Positions 8,411-17,988 of a stretch of DNA of 64,000 nucleotides are shown in pieces. The position numbers were made by a program, and so were the translations under genes. How positions within the stretch are numbered: position 1 is the first letter of the stretch; each line of letters opens with the position of its first letter. The DNA lies in NCBI GenBank assembly GCA_016198125.1, contig JACQJG010000018.1:2843-66842 (forward strand), given 5' to 3'. The DNA comes from Candidatus Iainarchaeum sp. (GTDB lineage Archaea > Iainarchaeota > Iainarchaeia > Iainarchaeales > VGJJ01). The notes below the pieces were generated by a model. The model had not been told where the DNA came from and made no database searches. It was given only the letters and a program-made list of their open reading frames with translations.

Positions 8411-8887
8411 ATGAAGCTTTCGGAGGCAGAGGTTAAGGCCATTGTGGACGCGGTAAAGAAGGAACCGCGCACCGTGCAGGACATTTCCCTGCTTATTGAC
8501 AAAAGCTGGGTGACTACTGAGAAGTACTTACAGGAACTTCACAATCAAACAGGCGCGATTAACCTTAAAACGTTCAGGCCTGGGACGCAGGCCGCGTTGA
8601 AAGTCGTGTATTATGTAAGCACAGAGGGGGGGCCTGGGGATGAAGTAAAGCAGGGCTTGGCCCAGCGCATTCTTCAAGGTAAATTCAAGCAGGACTTTGA
8701 CTTTTTGGACGTGTTTCAATTCATTCCGGATGCGCAGAAGAAAGCGTTCACGCGCGAGTCAGGGGGAAGAAGAACACATGACATTGGAAGAATTGGTCAA
8801 GAAAAAGGCTTCCAAGAGCCTGTATTATTTTTCTGGCAACCTGAGTTTTTTGTCCTTGGCCTACAAGGGCAGGAAATCAGTGGTTGA
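8411..8887 (+). CDS. Winged-helix (wHTH) regulator-like N-terminal domain protein; possibly the 5' part of a longer gene split by a frameshift
   Basis: From the ATG at 8411: MKLSEAEVKAIVDAVKKEPRTVQDISLLIDKSWVTTEKYLQELHNQTGAIN, which looks like a wHTH. The tail of this frame after about 8760 is low-complexity. Confidence 0.45.
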   Translation: MKLSEAEVKAIVDAVKKEPRTVQDISLLIDKSWVTTEKYLQELHNQTGAINLKTFRPGTQAALKVVYYVSTEGGPGDEVKQGLAQRILQGKFKQDFDFLDVFQFIPDAQKKAFTRESGGRRTHDIGRIGQEKGFQEPVLFFWQPEFFVLGLQGQEISG

Positions 8888-9260
8888 CTTTATTGAAGAG
8901 CAGTTGGAGGCAGGAGTATATGTTAAAGTCTTGTGCCGGGTAAACATTTCTTCGCTGGCCAACATTGAAAAAATGTCTCACTTGCTTGTAAAATACCCAA
9001 ATCAAGTGGAAGTCCGCCATCGTTATCAGCCCTTGCGCGGGTTCATCATTGATGATGATTTTGCGCGTTTTAAAACATGGGAAAATAAAGACGATTACAA
9101 GCTGGGCGAATTGCACAAGAGCACGCGCGTGTACTATGAAGTGTACTCCCCAGAATGGATTGCGTGGCTGCAAAACGTTTTTTGGTCCATGTGGCGTTCT
9201 TCCATTTCGTATGAAAAAAGAATCAAGGAAGTCCAACGAATTGTGGCCAGTACGGGTTAA
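8778..9260 (+). CDS. Hypothetical protein, probably the C-terminal continuation of the 8411 gene in the +1 frame
   Basis: This frame is protein-like from HMTLEELVKKK onward (GVYVKVLCRVNISSLANIEK...FIIDDDFARFKTWENKDD). It overlaps the previous ORF by about 110 nt. Removing one G from the G5 run at 8762-8766 fuses the two. Confidence 0.4.
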   Translation: MTLEELVKKKASKSLYYFSGNLSFLSLAYKGRKSVVDFIEEQLEAGVYVKVLCRVNISSLANIEKMSHLLVKYPNQVEVRHRYQPLRGFIIDDDFARFKTWENKDDYKLGELHKSTRVYYEVYSPEWIAWLQNVFWSMWRSSISYEKRIKEVQRIVASTG

Positions 9261-9446
9261 CATTTCAAAGCAAGTCTTGGCGCGGTAGTATTATTTTAAT
9301 TCGAAGGCCTGTAAGGGTCCCGGAGGGATCCCTTACTGTCCGCGGACCACCCCTACGCAATGGCATAGGCCAGTCGTGTTGGACCGCAGGGGTTCCAATA
9401 GGAATCCCCTGCTGAACTTCGCAGCAGCCACAGCCGAAACTGGCTA

Positions 9447-9517
9447 TGCAGTCGCCGGGAATCGAACCCGGGCCTCGACCTTGGAAGGGTCGAACGCTAC
9501 CTCTACGCTACGACTGC
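9447..9517 (-). tRNA. tRNA-Gly (anticodon UCC)
   Basis: Minus-strand RNA GCAGUCG...CGACC-CUUCCAA-GGUCG...GGGUUCGAUUCCC...CGACUGCA, with a 7-bp acceptor stem, T-loop and anticodon loop. The D-stem is short. No CCA is encoded. Confidence 0.8.
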
Positions 9518-9617
9518 GTTATTCATTTTTGCCGGGCGAGGCTTTTTAACGCTTGAGGCTTTTTTTGGGTTTTCAACGGGTTCATGGTTTTTTAAGCAGT
9601 TCGGGTTCAAGTATTTT

Positions 9618-10265
9618 TTGCATGAGGTGGTTTTTTTGAAGGTTGGAGTTCTTGGAACAGGCAACATGGGCAGTGCGCTGGCAAAGCAGTTGGCGCGTGC
9701 AAAACACGAAGTCATTGTGGGTTCAAGAGACGTTGAAAAGGCGCGCAGGATGGCCAAGCCATTGGGCAAAAAGTGTTGCGGGGCTTCCTATGAAGAGGCC
9801 GTAGCGCAGGCCGATGTTGTGGTGCTGGCAGTTCCTTACGCGCAAGCGGAAAGCGTGCTTATGCCTTTGCAGGGAGCGTTGAATGGAAAAGTGGTAGTGG
9901 ATATTACCAATCCCTTGAATGCAGATTTTTCTGGCCTGGTGGTGGGCCATACAAGTTCGGCCGCAGAGGAAATCCAAAAACGCGTTCCCAATGCGCGCGT
10001 GGTAAAAGCCTTTAACCATGTTTTCGCTCCAGTGCTTGCAAATGCGCACAAGTGGAAGTCCAAAAAGCCCAGCGTGTTCATTTGCGGTAACGATTTGGAA
10101 GCAAAGCAAACCGTGCAAAAACTCGTAAAAGACATTGGTTTTGTTCCGGTGGACGCAGGGCCTTTGCAGGCCGCGCGTTACATTGAGCCTGCCGCGTTTT
10201 TGATGGTGGCCTTGGCGTATGGCCAGAAAATGGGCCCCAAGTACGCGTTGAAACTCGTGAAATAA
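9618..10265 (+). CDS. NADP oxidoreductase, F420-dependent NADP reductase (NpdG/Fno)-like Rossmann protein
   Basis: 215 aa: VGVLGTGNMGSALAKQLARAKHEVIVGSRD, then conserved FNHV and CGND...GFVPVDAGPL motifs typical of the NADP_oxidored_F420 family. The true start may be the internal LKVGVLG. Confidence 0.65.
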   Translation: MHEVVFLKVGVLGTGNMGSALAKQLARAKHEVIVGSRDVEKARRMAKPLGKKCCGASYEEAVAQADVVVLAVPYAQAESVLMPLQGALNGKVVVDITNPLNADFSGLVVGHTSSAAEEIQKRVPNARVVKAFNHVFAPVLANAHKWKSKKPSVFICGNDLEAKQTVQKLVKDIGFVPVDAGPLQAARYIEPAAFLMVALAYGQKMGPKYALKLVK

Positions 10266-10292
10266 GCACAGGCATTCCAACACGAGTGGGCA

Positions 10293-10363
10293 TGCAGCGA
10301 CCGGGAATCGAACCCGGGTCACGACCTTGGGAAGGTCGTAGAATGCCATTATCCCATCGCTGC
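10293..10363 (-). tRNA. tRNA-Gly (anticodon CCC)
   Basis: Minus-strand RNA GCAGCGA...CGACC-UUCCCAA-GGUCG...GGGUUCGAUUCCC...UCGCUGCA. Confidence 0.8.
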
Positions 10364-10411
10364 CTTGTTTAGTTTTTTTGTGCGCGTGGTTTTTAAGGCG
10401 TTGTATGGGAA

Positions 10412-11008
10412 TTAGTTGTCTTCATGGCGCGCGTCGAAGCGAATGACCCTGTTATTGTCCCGGCGCTCGGCTTTTCTTCTGTCGTCTTTTCTGCGCGTGG
10501 ACGCCCAGTAAAAGTGTTGTTTGGACGGGTCATATCCAATGAGGTAGTCTCTCTTGCCAGTCGTAAAACGTGCGCCGGGCATTTTTTCAGGCCCTATTTT
10601 TAGATGTGCAATGGCTTGGGCGCGCGTGCAGGAATGTTCTTTTGCAATCATTCTTACGCGGTGTTCGACTGCTTGGCGTGTTTTTGTAAACCATTCTTTA
10701 GGTAATGCCTTGTCTGCCGCGTATTTGGTTGGAATGTATTCCCTCCAAGCCATTGCTTCGCGCCTGCCTTTGAAGGGGGGCTTAACGCTCTGGTTTTCGC
10801 GCCATTCCTTGCGTAAATCGTTTTCATGGGTTCTGTTTTCAAACCCGCTTCTGCGTTCTCTTCCGGTGTACACGCCCTTTTGCGGTGCGTATTGTAAGGC
10901 AGGTTCGCCTTCGTTTAGAGTTCCCAATTGCATGTGCGCAGGCTTTATCACCCGAATGGACAAACCTTTAATGGGCGCATGCGGGGTGGTGGAGCGTTTC
11001 TTGGGCAT
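10412..11008 (-). CDS. Hypothetical basic (R/K-rich) protein
   Basis: 198-aa ORF with balanced composition and no recognisable motif. Confidence 0.4.
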   Translation of the reverse strand: MPKKRSTTPHAPIKGLSIRVIKPAHMQLGTLNEGEPALQYAPQKGVYTGRERRSGFENRTHENDLRKEWRENQSVKPPFKGRREAMAWREYIPTKYAADKALPKEWFTKTRQAVEHRVRMIAKEHSCTRAQAIAHLKIGPEKMPGARFTTGKRDYLIGYDPSKQHFYWASTRRKDDRRKAERRDNNRVIRFDARHEDN

Positions 11009-11053
11009 TGAATGACTGAACCTTTTTTTGGCTTATTATGGTTTTGCTTTTTT

Positions 11054-13579
11054 TCATGATTGAGCAAGGACTTGGACTTCTTTTTGCAGGGCTTGAACCT
11101 TGTCTGTTTTTTCCCACGTGAATTCAGGTTCATTTCTTCCAAAGTGTCCATACGCTGCCGTTTTTTTGTAAATGGGCCTGCGCAGGTCAAGGGCTTCAAT
11201 GATTCCTTTGGGGGTTAAGGGAAATATGTTGCGCACGGCTTCGGATAAAACTTCTTCGCTTACCTTTCCAGTGCCAAACGCGTTCACGTATACACTTACC
11301 GGTTGTGCCACTCCAATGGCGTAAGCCAATTGTATTTCGCATTTATCCGCGAGCTTGGCCGCTACAATGTTTTTGGCAATGTAGCGCGCCATGTAGCACG
11401 CGCTGCGGTCCACTTTGTTGGGCTCTTTTCCGGAATTGTGGCAAACAAATCCGTTGGCCGTATAAGTGTGTGAAAATGGAATATTCAAATCATATGTATG
11501 GGAAAAAGAGGGTATTCTATTTTGTAGTTTCGAATAATAGTGCCCCATATAATAGAGTTCTTGAAGTTTGAGGAATTCTGGTTCATTTTTAAAAAATTCT
11601 TCATACGTTTCTGTGAATTCTTTCAATTTTTCATAGGTTAATTCTTTTGTAGCTTTGCCTTCATTGCTTCTTGTAAATCGTGCAATTTTACATTTATCCA
11701 ATTTCTGTTCTTTTAGTGGGAGCTTTTTGAATAGATGAATAATTCTGTTTCGTTGGTTTGGAATGATTAACCAATCTTTTTTTCCAATGGACTTTCCTTC
11801 TAATATTTTTTGCTTTCGTGAAAGTTTGAATCCAATGTTTTCTAAAAATAAGTTACCACCTTTGCTTCCTTTGATGGTTAAGTCGTAGCGGTCATGTTTG
11901 GAGTTAATCAGCCTTCCTTTTATGTAAGCGGGTTTTTTTCCAACTTTAACAGTTCTTAGCACAGAAATGATGCCAAAGTTAAGCAAAAGTAACTGAGTTT
12001 GCTCAGCTAACTTTTTGCTTGTGGTGGTCAAATGGATTCTCTTTGTGTTCTTATTTCGTCCATCGATTCGAATGCTGCCATCCGTATCAAATAATCCGCG
12101 TAAAAACGCGGCGCAATTATTTTTACTGGCATTAAATATGGCTGTTGGAACGACTTTTTCATACGATTTTGCGTAATTGAGGCCCAAATTTTTCAAATAC
12201 GCCCTAAGCTCTACTCCTCCAATATAGGCCCAATGACCATAAACGTTGCCTTTATCGTTAAAGAGCCTAAAGAATACGTTTTGAACAATCGTTTTCATTT
12301 CGTTTTCGCATACGCATATTTTGAGGTGTCCTTTATCTGTGCAATCTCCGTCGCCGACCGATAAGCCCAGTAAGTAAGCATAATCTTCAGTTAATTTCTT
12401 TGGAAAAATATATTTTTTCTTTCTTCCTTCCGCTGTTCCTTCCCTATATGCATATTTAAACTTTGGAATTTCGTTGTCGCCAAAGAATCGGTTTTTTGTT
12501 TGAATAGCGAGCCAGTCGTTAGATACGAGTTTTTCAACCGGTTTCCAAACATAGTTTCCTGCGGGGTCTATGACCCGTATATTGTGATTGGGGGTTGCTT
12601 CTAATGAATACCCGTCATACGTTTGAATGATCTCGGTTTGCTTAATTCCGTTATCATACCAGTCTCCTGCTGGCATGGGGTGTACATCTGTTTTTACAAG
12701 CAAACTGTTTTCTCCAACTCTTTTACATTCGTCAAGTTTGATTAACCCTTTTTCAGTGTTAACAAGTGAATCGCCTGCCAGGCAAAACGCGCCTCCTCCG
12801 TGGGGCGCGTACCCTCCATACGTGTCCACAATGATTTTTCTTCCGGTTAAACCCGAGTCTGCCACAGGGCCTCCAATTTCAAATTTTCCTGTAGGGTTTA
12901 CAAAAATTTTTGTTTGCCCATCCATCATATTCCCGCAAACGGGTTCAATGACCTTCTCAATAAGGGTGTTTCGGATTTCCTCATGGTTTAACCCTTTTCG
13001 GTGGTGGGCGCTGACTACAACAGTGTCAATGCGTTTGGGTTTCCCGTTTTCGTATTCAATGGTGACTTGGCTTTTGCCATCCGGGTAAAGCCATTCAATT
13101 TCACCGCTTTTGCGTGCATGGGATAGTTTTTGCGTGAGTTTGTGTGCGAGGGTAATGGGTAATGGCATTAATTCAGGGGTTTCATTGCATGCAAATCCAA
13201 ACATCATGCCCTGGTCTCCCGCCCCTTCTTCTTTGTGCAGGCCTTCTCCTTCGTTGACTCCTTGTGCAATGTCAGGGGATTGTTCGGACACGGAAATCAG
13301 AACGGCACACGTGTCCGCGTCAAAGCCCATGTCCGTGTGAGTGTATCCTATTTCACGGATTGTATCGCGCACTACTTTCTGGAAGTCGATTCTGGCTTTT
13401 GTGGTGAGCTCTCCTGCCACCATTACAAAACCCGTTTTAATCAGGGTTTCAATTCCTGTACGCGAATAAGGGTCTTGTTTCAACACTGCGTCTACAATGG
13501 CATCGGATATTTGGTCGCACGTTTTGTCCGGATGGCCTTCGGTTACGGATTCGGATGTGAAATAGTATTTTCCCCTCAT
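11054..13579 (-). CDS. metK: S-adenosylmethionine synthetase, bacterial/eukaryotic type (MetK), with an in-frame ~450-aa intein
   Basis: From M (cat 13577-13579): [33 protein letters not shown]... and the MetK signatures. The P-loop GGGAF|[11 protein letters not shown] is split by a Cys...HN insertion. The exteins total about 391 aa. The longer ORF to 13783 adds a non-conserved basic leader. Confidence 0.9.
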   Translation of the reverse strand: MRGKYYFTSESVTEGHPDKTCDQISDAIVDAVLKQDPYSRTGIETLIKTGFVMVAGELTTKARIDFQKVVRDTIREIGYTHTDMGFDADTCAVLISVSEQSPDIAQGVNEGEGLHKEEGAGDQGMMFGFACNETPELMPLPITLAHKLTQKLSHARKSGEIEWLYPDGKSQVTIEYENGKPKRIDTVVVSAHHRKGLNHEEIRNTLIEKVIEPVCGNMMDGQTKIFVNPTGKFEIGGPVADSGLTGRKIIVDTYGGYAPHGGGAFCLAGDSLVNTEKGLIKLDECKRVGENSLLVKTDVHPMPAGDWYDNGIKQTEIIQTYDGYSLEATPNHNIRVIDPAGNYVWKPVEKLVSNDWLAIQTKNRFFGDNEIPKFKYAYREGTAEGRKKKYIFPKKLTEDYAYLLGLSVGDGDCTDKGHLKICVCENEMKTIVQNVFFRLFNDKGNVYGHWAYIGGVELRAYLKNLGLNYAKSYEKVVPTAIFNASKNNCAAFLRGLFDTDGSIRIDGRNKNTKRIHLTTTSKKLAEQTQLLLLNFGIISVLRTVKVGKKPAYIKGRLINSKHDRYDLTIKGSKGGNLFLENIGFKLSRKQKILEGKSIGKKDWLIIPNQRNRIIHLFKKLPLKEQKLDKCKIARFTRSNEGKATKELTYEKLKEFTETYEEFFKNEPEFLKLQELYYMGHYYSKLQNRIPSFSHTYDLNIPFSHTYTANGFVCHNSGKEPNKVDRSACYMARYIAKNIVAAKLADKCEIQLAYAIGVAQPVSVYVNAFGTGKVSEEVLSEAVRNIFPLTPKGIIEALDLRRPIYKKTAAYGHFGRNEPEFTWEKTDKVQALQKEVQVLAQS
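11435..12784 (-). mobile_element. Intein (Hint domain plus LAGLIDADG homing endonuclease) inserted in the metK P-loop
   Basis: It begins with CLAGDSLV after GGGAF and ends with FVCHN, directly followed by S ([11 protein letters not shown]). Block B is TPNHNIRV. There are two LAGLIDADG-type motifs, [12 protein letters not shown] and [14 protein letters not shown]. Confidence 0.85.
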
Positions 13580-13851
13580 GTTTGTCACAGGATCACCTTG
13601 TAAGGATGAACGCTGGAATGTTTTTAAGTTGATTTTGGTGCATCCAACGTTTTGATTTTTTTTTATACCGGCGCGCAAAGGAATTTTTTTTCCAACCCGC
13701 ATTCGGCTCTTAGGAATCGAACGGGTTCTCTGCTTTGGCGTTTTTTTCCTTTTTCGCGTTGTTCTTTGGCGTGGGCCATTCAAATGGCCCGCGCGCGTTG
13801 GACGCGTGCTTTCAAGCGTGCGTTTTGCCGGGCTTTTGGATCAATGATTTG

Positions 13852-13893
13852 AAAAATAAAAAAGGGGTTAAAGTGCCCAAGATTTTTGGGCAC
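13852..13893 (-). terminator. Hairpin plus T-tract terminator downstream of the 13909-14454 gene
   Basis: Perfect 8-bp stem gtgcccaa/ttgggcac (13873-13893), followed on the minus strand by ccccttttttatttttcaaa. Confidence 0.45.
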
Positions 13894-13908
13894 GTTTAAC
13901 GTTAAAAC

Positions 13909-14454
13909 TTATTGGCAAGGCCAATTTTCTGGGGTGTAAACGTCATAGACGTACACCCATTCCTGGTGGGTATCCTGGGAGTTGAAGATTAACGCTCCTG
14001 ATTCCACTGCGTTTGTTGTTGGGAACTGGAATGGAATCATTTTTCCTGCAAACGGAAGGGCGTCCTTGGCGCTTCCCCCAGAAGAAACCAGGTTGGCTGT
14101 TAGATTGGTTTGCGTGCCTGCGTTGGACCACGCGCCAAAGCCCCATGCCAAGTTTTCTTCAAAGGGTTGTTCCCGGCCATACCAAATGTCAGAATGCTTG
14201 AAGGTTGCAATGGCTCCAACAGGCACTTTAACATACCCGGGGCCGATGGCATACACTTGGGCCAGGGTTGAAACTGTGGGGGCTGAATCAAACAACCAGG
14301 AAGCCCATGATGCAAAATCCTGGGCCGTGGTACAACCAATAGGGGTGGGCGGAACGAGTAATTGTCCTTTCACTTGGGGGCCTTCCCGCGCAGAAGTTGT
14401 TCCTGCAATTCCAATCAAAAGAATGAACGATACTAGGAGCAGTGCATAACGCAT
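13909..14454 (-). CDS. Secreted hypothetical protein with signal peptide
   Basis: 181 aa with N-terminal MRYALLLVSFILLIGIAGTTSA, followed by a Gly/Thr/Ser/aromatic-rich domain. Confidence 0.5.
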   Translation of the reverse strand: MRYALLLVSFILLIGIAGTTSAREGPQVKGQLLVPPTPIGCTTAQDFASWASWLFDSAPTVSTLAQVYAIGPGYVKVPVGAIATFKHSDIWYGREQPFEENLAWGFGAWSNAGTQTNLTANLVSSGGSAKDALPFAGKMIPFQFPTTNAVESGALIFNSQDTHQEWVYVYDVYTPENWPCQ

Positions 14455-14535
14455 AAACTCACCTCGTGAATGCCATTCCTTTCACGTATTTAAGGATAGC
14501 GCCTTGACAGAGGTTTTTATCCCAAAATACTAAAA

Positions 14536-15216
14536 CTAAAGGTTTTTCACGTAAAATCCAGGCTCTTCATGGTAGCCCATGGCTTGCGCGGCTTTTTCAT
14601 ATAATGCGCGCATGCGTGCTTGTACGCGTTCGATCACAGGGCCCGGGGCTTCGCCTGTTTTCACAGGAACTGCAGGATGCTTGTAATAATACAATGTTTC
14701 CGGCTTGCGTATTTTGACTTTTTTAAACCCGCACGCGCGTGCATGCTTTTCGGTTTCCTGTAAAAGGTAATTGGGCCAGGGCATTCCCAGGGCCGCATTC
14801 ATGCGCTGAACGTCTTTCACGTTTCCGCGCTTGCCTTGAAGGGCTTCTATGATCACTGCCTTTCGCTCGAATCCGAGCTTGGCTTGGACCAGCGCGCTGT
14901 CCCTGCGGACAGGAATTGGTTCTTCGGTTGAGCGGCCAGGGTAAATGCCCACACCTACACTTGACTCGTACGTGCTTCTTCCAATTCCCACTTCCCATTT
15001 CCCATACGCCAATGGATGCAAGGCAAACGTTTCAATGAACGGTTTTCCATGGGATAAAAGGGCTTCGCCTGCGGCAGTTTTAAAGTAATCTCGGATGAAC
15101 GCGCGCATGTACAGGTTTTTCATGCGGGGCAACAGCAAGCGGGGAGTAAGTTTTATGCGCGCGCGCTTGAGCCAAGATATGCGTTTGTGGATGTCCTCCT
15201 TTAATCTTGGTTTCAT
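14536..15216 (-). CDS. Hypothetical protein, GNAT-like fold suspected; paralog of 18992-19735
   Basis: 226 aa. It shares a clear block with the 18992 ORF (LGFERKAVIIEALQGKRG...ALGMPWPNYLLQETEKHARACGFKKVKIRKPETLYYYKHP). The Q/R-x-x-G-x-G/A and ...GFK arrangement resembles GNAT motif A. Confidence 0.5.
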   Translation of the reverse strand: MKPRLKEDIHKRISWLKRARIKLTPRLLLPRMKNLYMRAFIRDYFKTAAGEALLSHGKPFIETFALHPLAYGKWEVGIGRSTYESSVGVGIYPGRSTEEPIPVRRDSALVQAKLGFERKAVIIEALQGKRGNVKDVQRMNAALGMPWPNYLLQETEKHARACGFKKVKIRKPETLYYYKHPAVPVKTGEAPGPVIERVQARMRALYEKAAQAMGYHEEPGFYVKNL

Positions 15217-15314
15217 GCATGTTTTTTAATCAGACTAGAATTAAAGCAATTCCTTTTTGTCTTGGTGAAGTGTGCCAGTATGAGACTGCCATAGGTTCAG
15301 TATTCTTTGCAAGG

Positions 15315-16016
15315 TCATTTTGGGCGTCTGAGGAGAATGGTTTTCTTAAACCCCCGTGTTTCGTACGCTCCCTTTCGCCCACGTAGAGTTAGCTTGATTC
15401 GCTCGCCAAATTTGGTTTTTTGTTTTCCAAGCATGGCTTGGCGGCGTGTAATTTGTTCGCGAAGTACGCCCATTAAATCGCCGTGTGTGACGATTACGAT
15501 GTGAACTTCCACTGGTCGGCCAGTATATTGCCCGGAAACGCGAACTCCAAATTCTTCAGCGTTTCTTCTAATGCGTGCCAGGACTTCAGCCGGCTGTTCT
15601 ACGATTGAGGTGTGCGTTTTTCCTTGGATCCAGCGTTGATTGAATTCTTCCAGGGATAAGTCTCCGTATAGGGCGTCGAACCATTTTTGGTCTCGTATTT
15701 TTCCGTACTTGAATTTTTCTTCTGCTCTTGAGGCTAGGACTTTGACGGGTAGTTTTTGGGTGCGAACGGCACGCATGAGCGAGCCGCGAATAAGGCTCTG
15801 GAACTGCATGTTACGGCCAACAGGGCTTGCATAAAATTTGACAATTTTTTGAGTTTTTGTTTTTCCCAATTCGTTAGCCAACGTTTTTCCAATCGCAGTT
15901 CCTTGGGTCCTGCCGCGTACTGTTAAATTACCGCTCGTAATACTGTCAAGGGGGCGTTCTCCGTGTCGAAAAATGTGAATTACAACTTTGGCGGGTTGTT
16001 CCGAGTTTTTAACCAT
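15315..16016 (-). CDS. Histidine phosphatase superfamily (phosphoglycerate mutase-like) protein
   Basis: VVIHIFRHGERP carries the RHG catalytic motif, and a conserved THGDLMG sits near the C-terminus. Confidence 0.6.
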   Translation of the reverse strand: MVKNSEQPAKVVIHIFRHGERPLDSITSGNLTVRGRTQGTAIGKTLANELGKTKTQKIVKFYASPVGRNMQFQSLIRGSLMRAVRTQKLPVKVLASRAEEKFKYGKIRDQKWFDALYGDLSLEEFNQRWIQGKTHTSIVEQPAEVLARIRRNAEEFGVRVSGQYTGRPVEVHIVIVTHGDLMGVLREQITRRQAMLGKQKTKFGERIKLTLRGRKGAYETRGFKKTILLRRPK

Positions 16017-16025
16017 TCGAAAACC

Positions 16026-17426
16026 TTAACTTAATTTTCGGATGACCCCTTTTTCAGCATCCACTTCAATGCGTTCTCCGCTTTTAAGAATGGAGGTCGC
16101 GTTGTTGGTCCCGGTAATACATGCAATTCCGATTTCGCGGCTGACAATGGCCGCATGCGAGGTGATTCCTCCACGGTCTGTAATAATGGCTTTTGCTTTT
16201 TTCATTAAAGGAACAAAATCTGGAGTTGTTTCAGGGGCAACCAAAATGTCTCCTTCTTCGAAATGCTTAAAATCATCTGGTGAAATGATCACCTTTGCGG
16301 TTCCTTGTATAATTCCACCTTTGGAAGCAACCGTTCCTTTTAGTTCGCTGGCCTGAATTGTTTGCGTTCCAACTATTTCATTTAGTAATTCTTGAAGTTC
16401 TTCGCCTGAAAAAAGGTGTTCTGTTCCGCTTTCATCCAAGAAACTACCCCACTTGGGTTTTCGTTCGGGCAGTTTATTGGGAAGTTTTCTTCCTTGTTTT
16501 AAAAATGAAAGAATTTCTCGGCTGGAAAGATAGCAAAACTCTTCGTAGGTTAAACCGTTTTCTTTGGCGATTTCTTCCATTCTTGGACGGGACAAAAAAC
16601 GACTTTGGCGGTTACTTCGGCGCAGTGCGTCCGCCAAAACGATAAAACCGCCATCAAGCGAAAAAGGGGTAAGGTTTTTTTGGGTTTTGGAACTTTTTTT
16701 TGTGCAATCCTTCCTTTTTCAAGGATTTTTTGTATTTCTTCCAAGCATTTTTCCTCGGAATACGCTTCTCCGCCCCAATGGTGGGTTCCAAACCATTCAA
16801 ACGTATTCACGTGTTTTTTTATCGCTGTTGCAATGGATTTATTCTCTTTGACAAAATGAGCGGTTACATTGGATGGCTGAATTTTTGGAAAATTTTTTTG
16901 AATCAACCGCGCAATTTTTTTAACGCCAAACGATTGTTCTTCAAGCCAAGTTGGTTTTCGCAGTGCTTCAACTTGTCTAACAATTTCCTTTGAGTCAAGT
17001 GTTGGATACTTTTTGAAAATATATGCTTCCAGTTCATCTGCCAATTGAAGGCTTAGCCACCAAAAACCCGCCAAGTCTTGATAGGTGTCAAATAAAGCTT
17101 CCAAGTAATCGATTTTTCCGTATTTTTTCTTTAAAATATTCAAGTGCCTCTGCTTGGTTTCTGCACCTATTTCTTCAACTTTTTTTTATGAATTCTTTGA
17201 TGTGATTGTTGTTGTCCATTTCTTTTATGGCGTTTTTCATGGCTTCCTTGTCAGTCATCTTTGTCAGGCTGTTTCCGTCCAAAAACAGCATGGAGTTAAA
17301 ACGCACATTAGAAAAAGTGGTTTTCACGCTTTTAACCGTATTCCAAGGCGACCAAAAACAACCCGAAAGTACTGGTTGAACCCAGCGGCCATAATTAATC
17401 CATTCGTTTTTGTTGAAGCGAGGCAT
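16026..17426 (-). pseudogene. Degraded paralog of the 6190-7527 PEP-utilizer domain gene, in three ORF fragments
   Basis: Fragment 17175-17426 (MPRFNKNEW...) aligns with the N-terminus of the 445-aa paralog. Fragment 16550-17143 aligns with its middle (HWGGEAYS vs FGWYGLSLL). Fragment 16026-16637 carries the PEP-utilizer mobile domain (GDILVAPETTPDFVPLMKKAKAIITDRGGITSHAAIVSREIGIACI). The frame breaks coincide with a T8 run (17181-17188) and an A6 run (16594-16599). Confidence 0.55.
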
Positions 17427-17583
17427 ATCTATTGGCTCTTTTGAAGTCTTAAAGAATTGTGCAAGGGGGCTATTAAACTGTTATGTGACAAGGGCTTTGC
17501 GGGCTTCCTCTCAACACTTGCAAGGCATTATTGCAATGCCCTTGTTCGTAGCAACCAGCCGAAACGGGTTCTACGCAATGCGA

Positions 17584-17655
17584 TGCGATCGCCGGGAATC
17601 GGACCCGGGTCCCGACCTTGGCAAGGTCGGATCATAGCCACTAGACCACGATCGC
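17584..17655 (-). tRNA. tRNA-Gly (anticodon GCC)
   Basis: Minus-strand RNA GCGAUCG...CCGACC-UUGCCAA-GGUCGG...CCGGGUCCGAUUCCCGG...CGAUCGCA. Confidence 0.8.
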
Positions 17656-17706
17656 GGTTTTGCAAAACATCTTCCATGAAATCAGGTTTTTAAAGGCGTG
17701 CGTGCC

Positions 17707-17907
17707 CTATGAAGAGTTTTTTTTCTTCTTGAGGGCTTCCAATTCTTTTTCCAGGTTGTGCTTGATTACAGAGTTCTTGGTGGCTTTTATGAGTTCTTCC
17801 AAGTGTTCCGGCGTTGCCTGCACGGGTTGAAAGTACAATTCTCCTCCAGGGCCTTCCATGAGCACGTCAATGGTGACGGGTTCTTCTTTTTTCTTTTTTT
17901 CCTGCAT
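17707..17907 (-). CDS. Small hypothetical acidic protein (66 aa)
   Basis: ORF with a charged N-terminus and K-rich C-terminus, lying in an otherwise empty interval. Confidence 0.35.
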   Translation of the reverse strand: MQEKKKKEEPVTIDVLMEGPGGELYFQPVQATPEHLEELIKATKNSVIKHNLEKELEALKKKKNSS

Positions 17908-17988
17908 GCACTCCCAAAAGGCTTTTCTTGGATTTAAGGGTTTTTGTATTTTTTTTGACGCAAGGTTAATACATTCTTTGGGTGTATT

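Noticed and set aside
8877-9263. 128-aa minus-strand ORF
   Set aside because: It is antisense to the conserved-looking C-terminal part of the 8778-9260 gene.
17410-17693. 75- and 78-aa plus-strand ORFs
   Set aside because: They overlap tRNA-Gly(GCC), and their termini are generated by the tRNA sequence.
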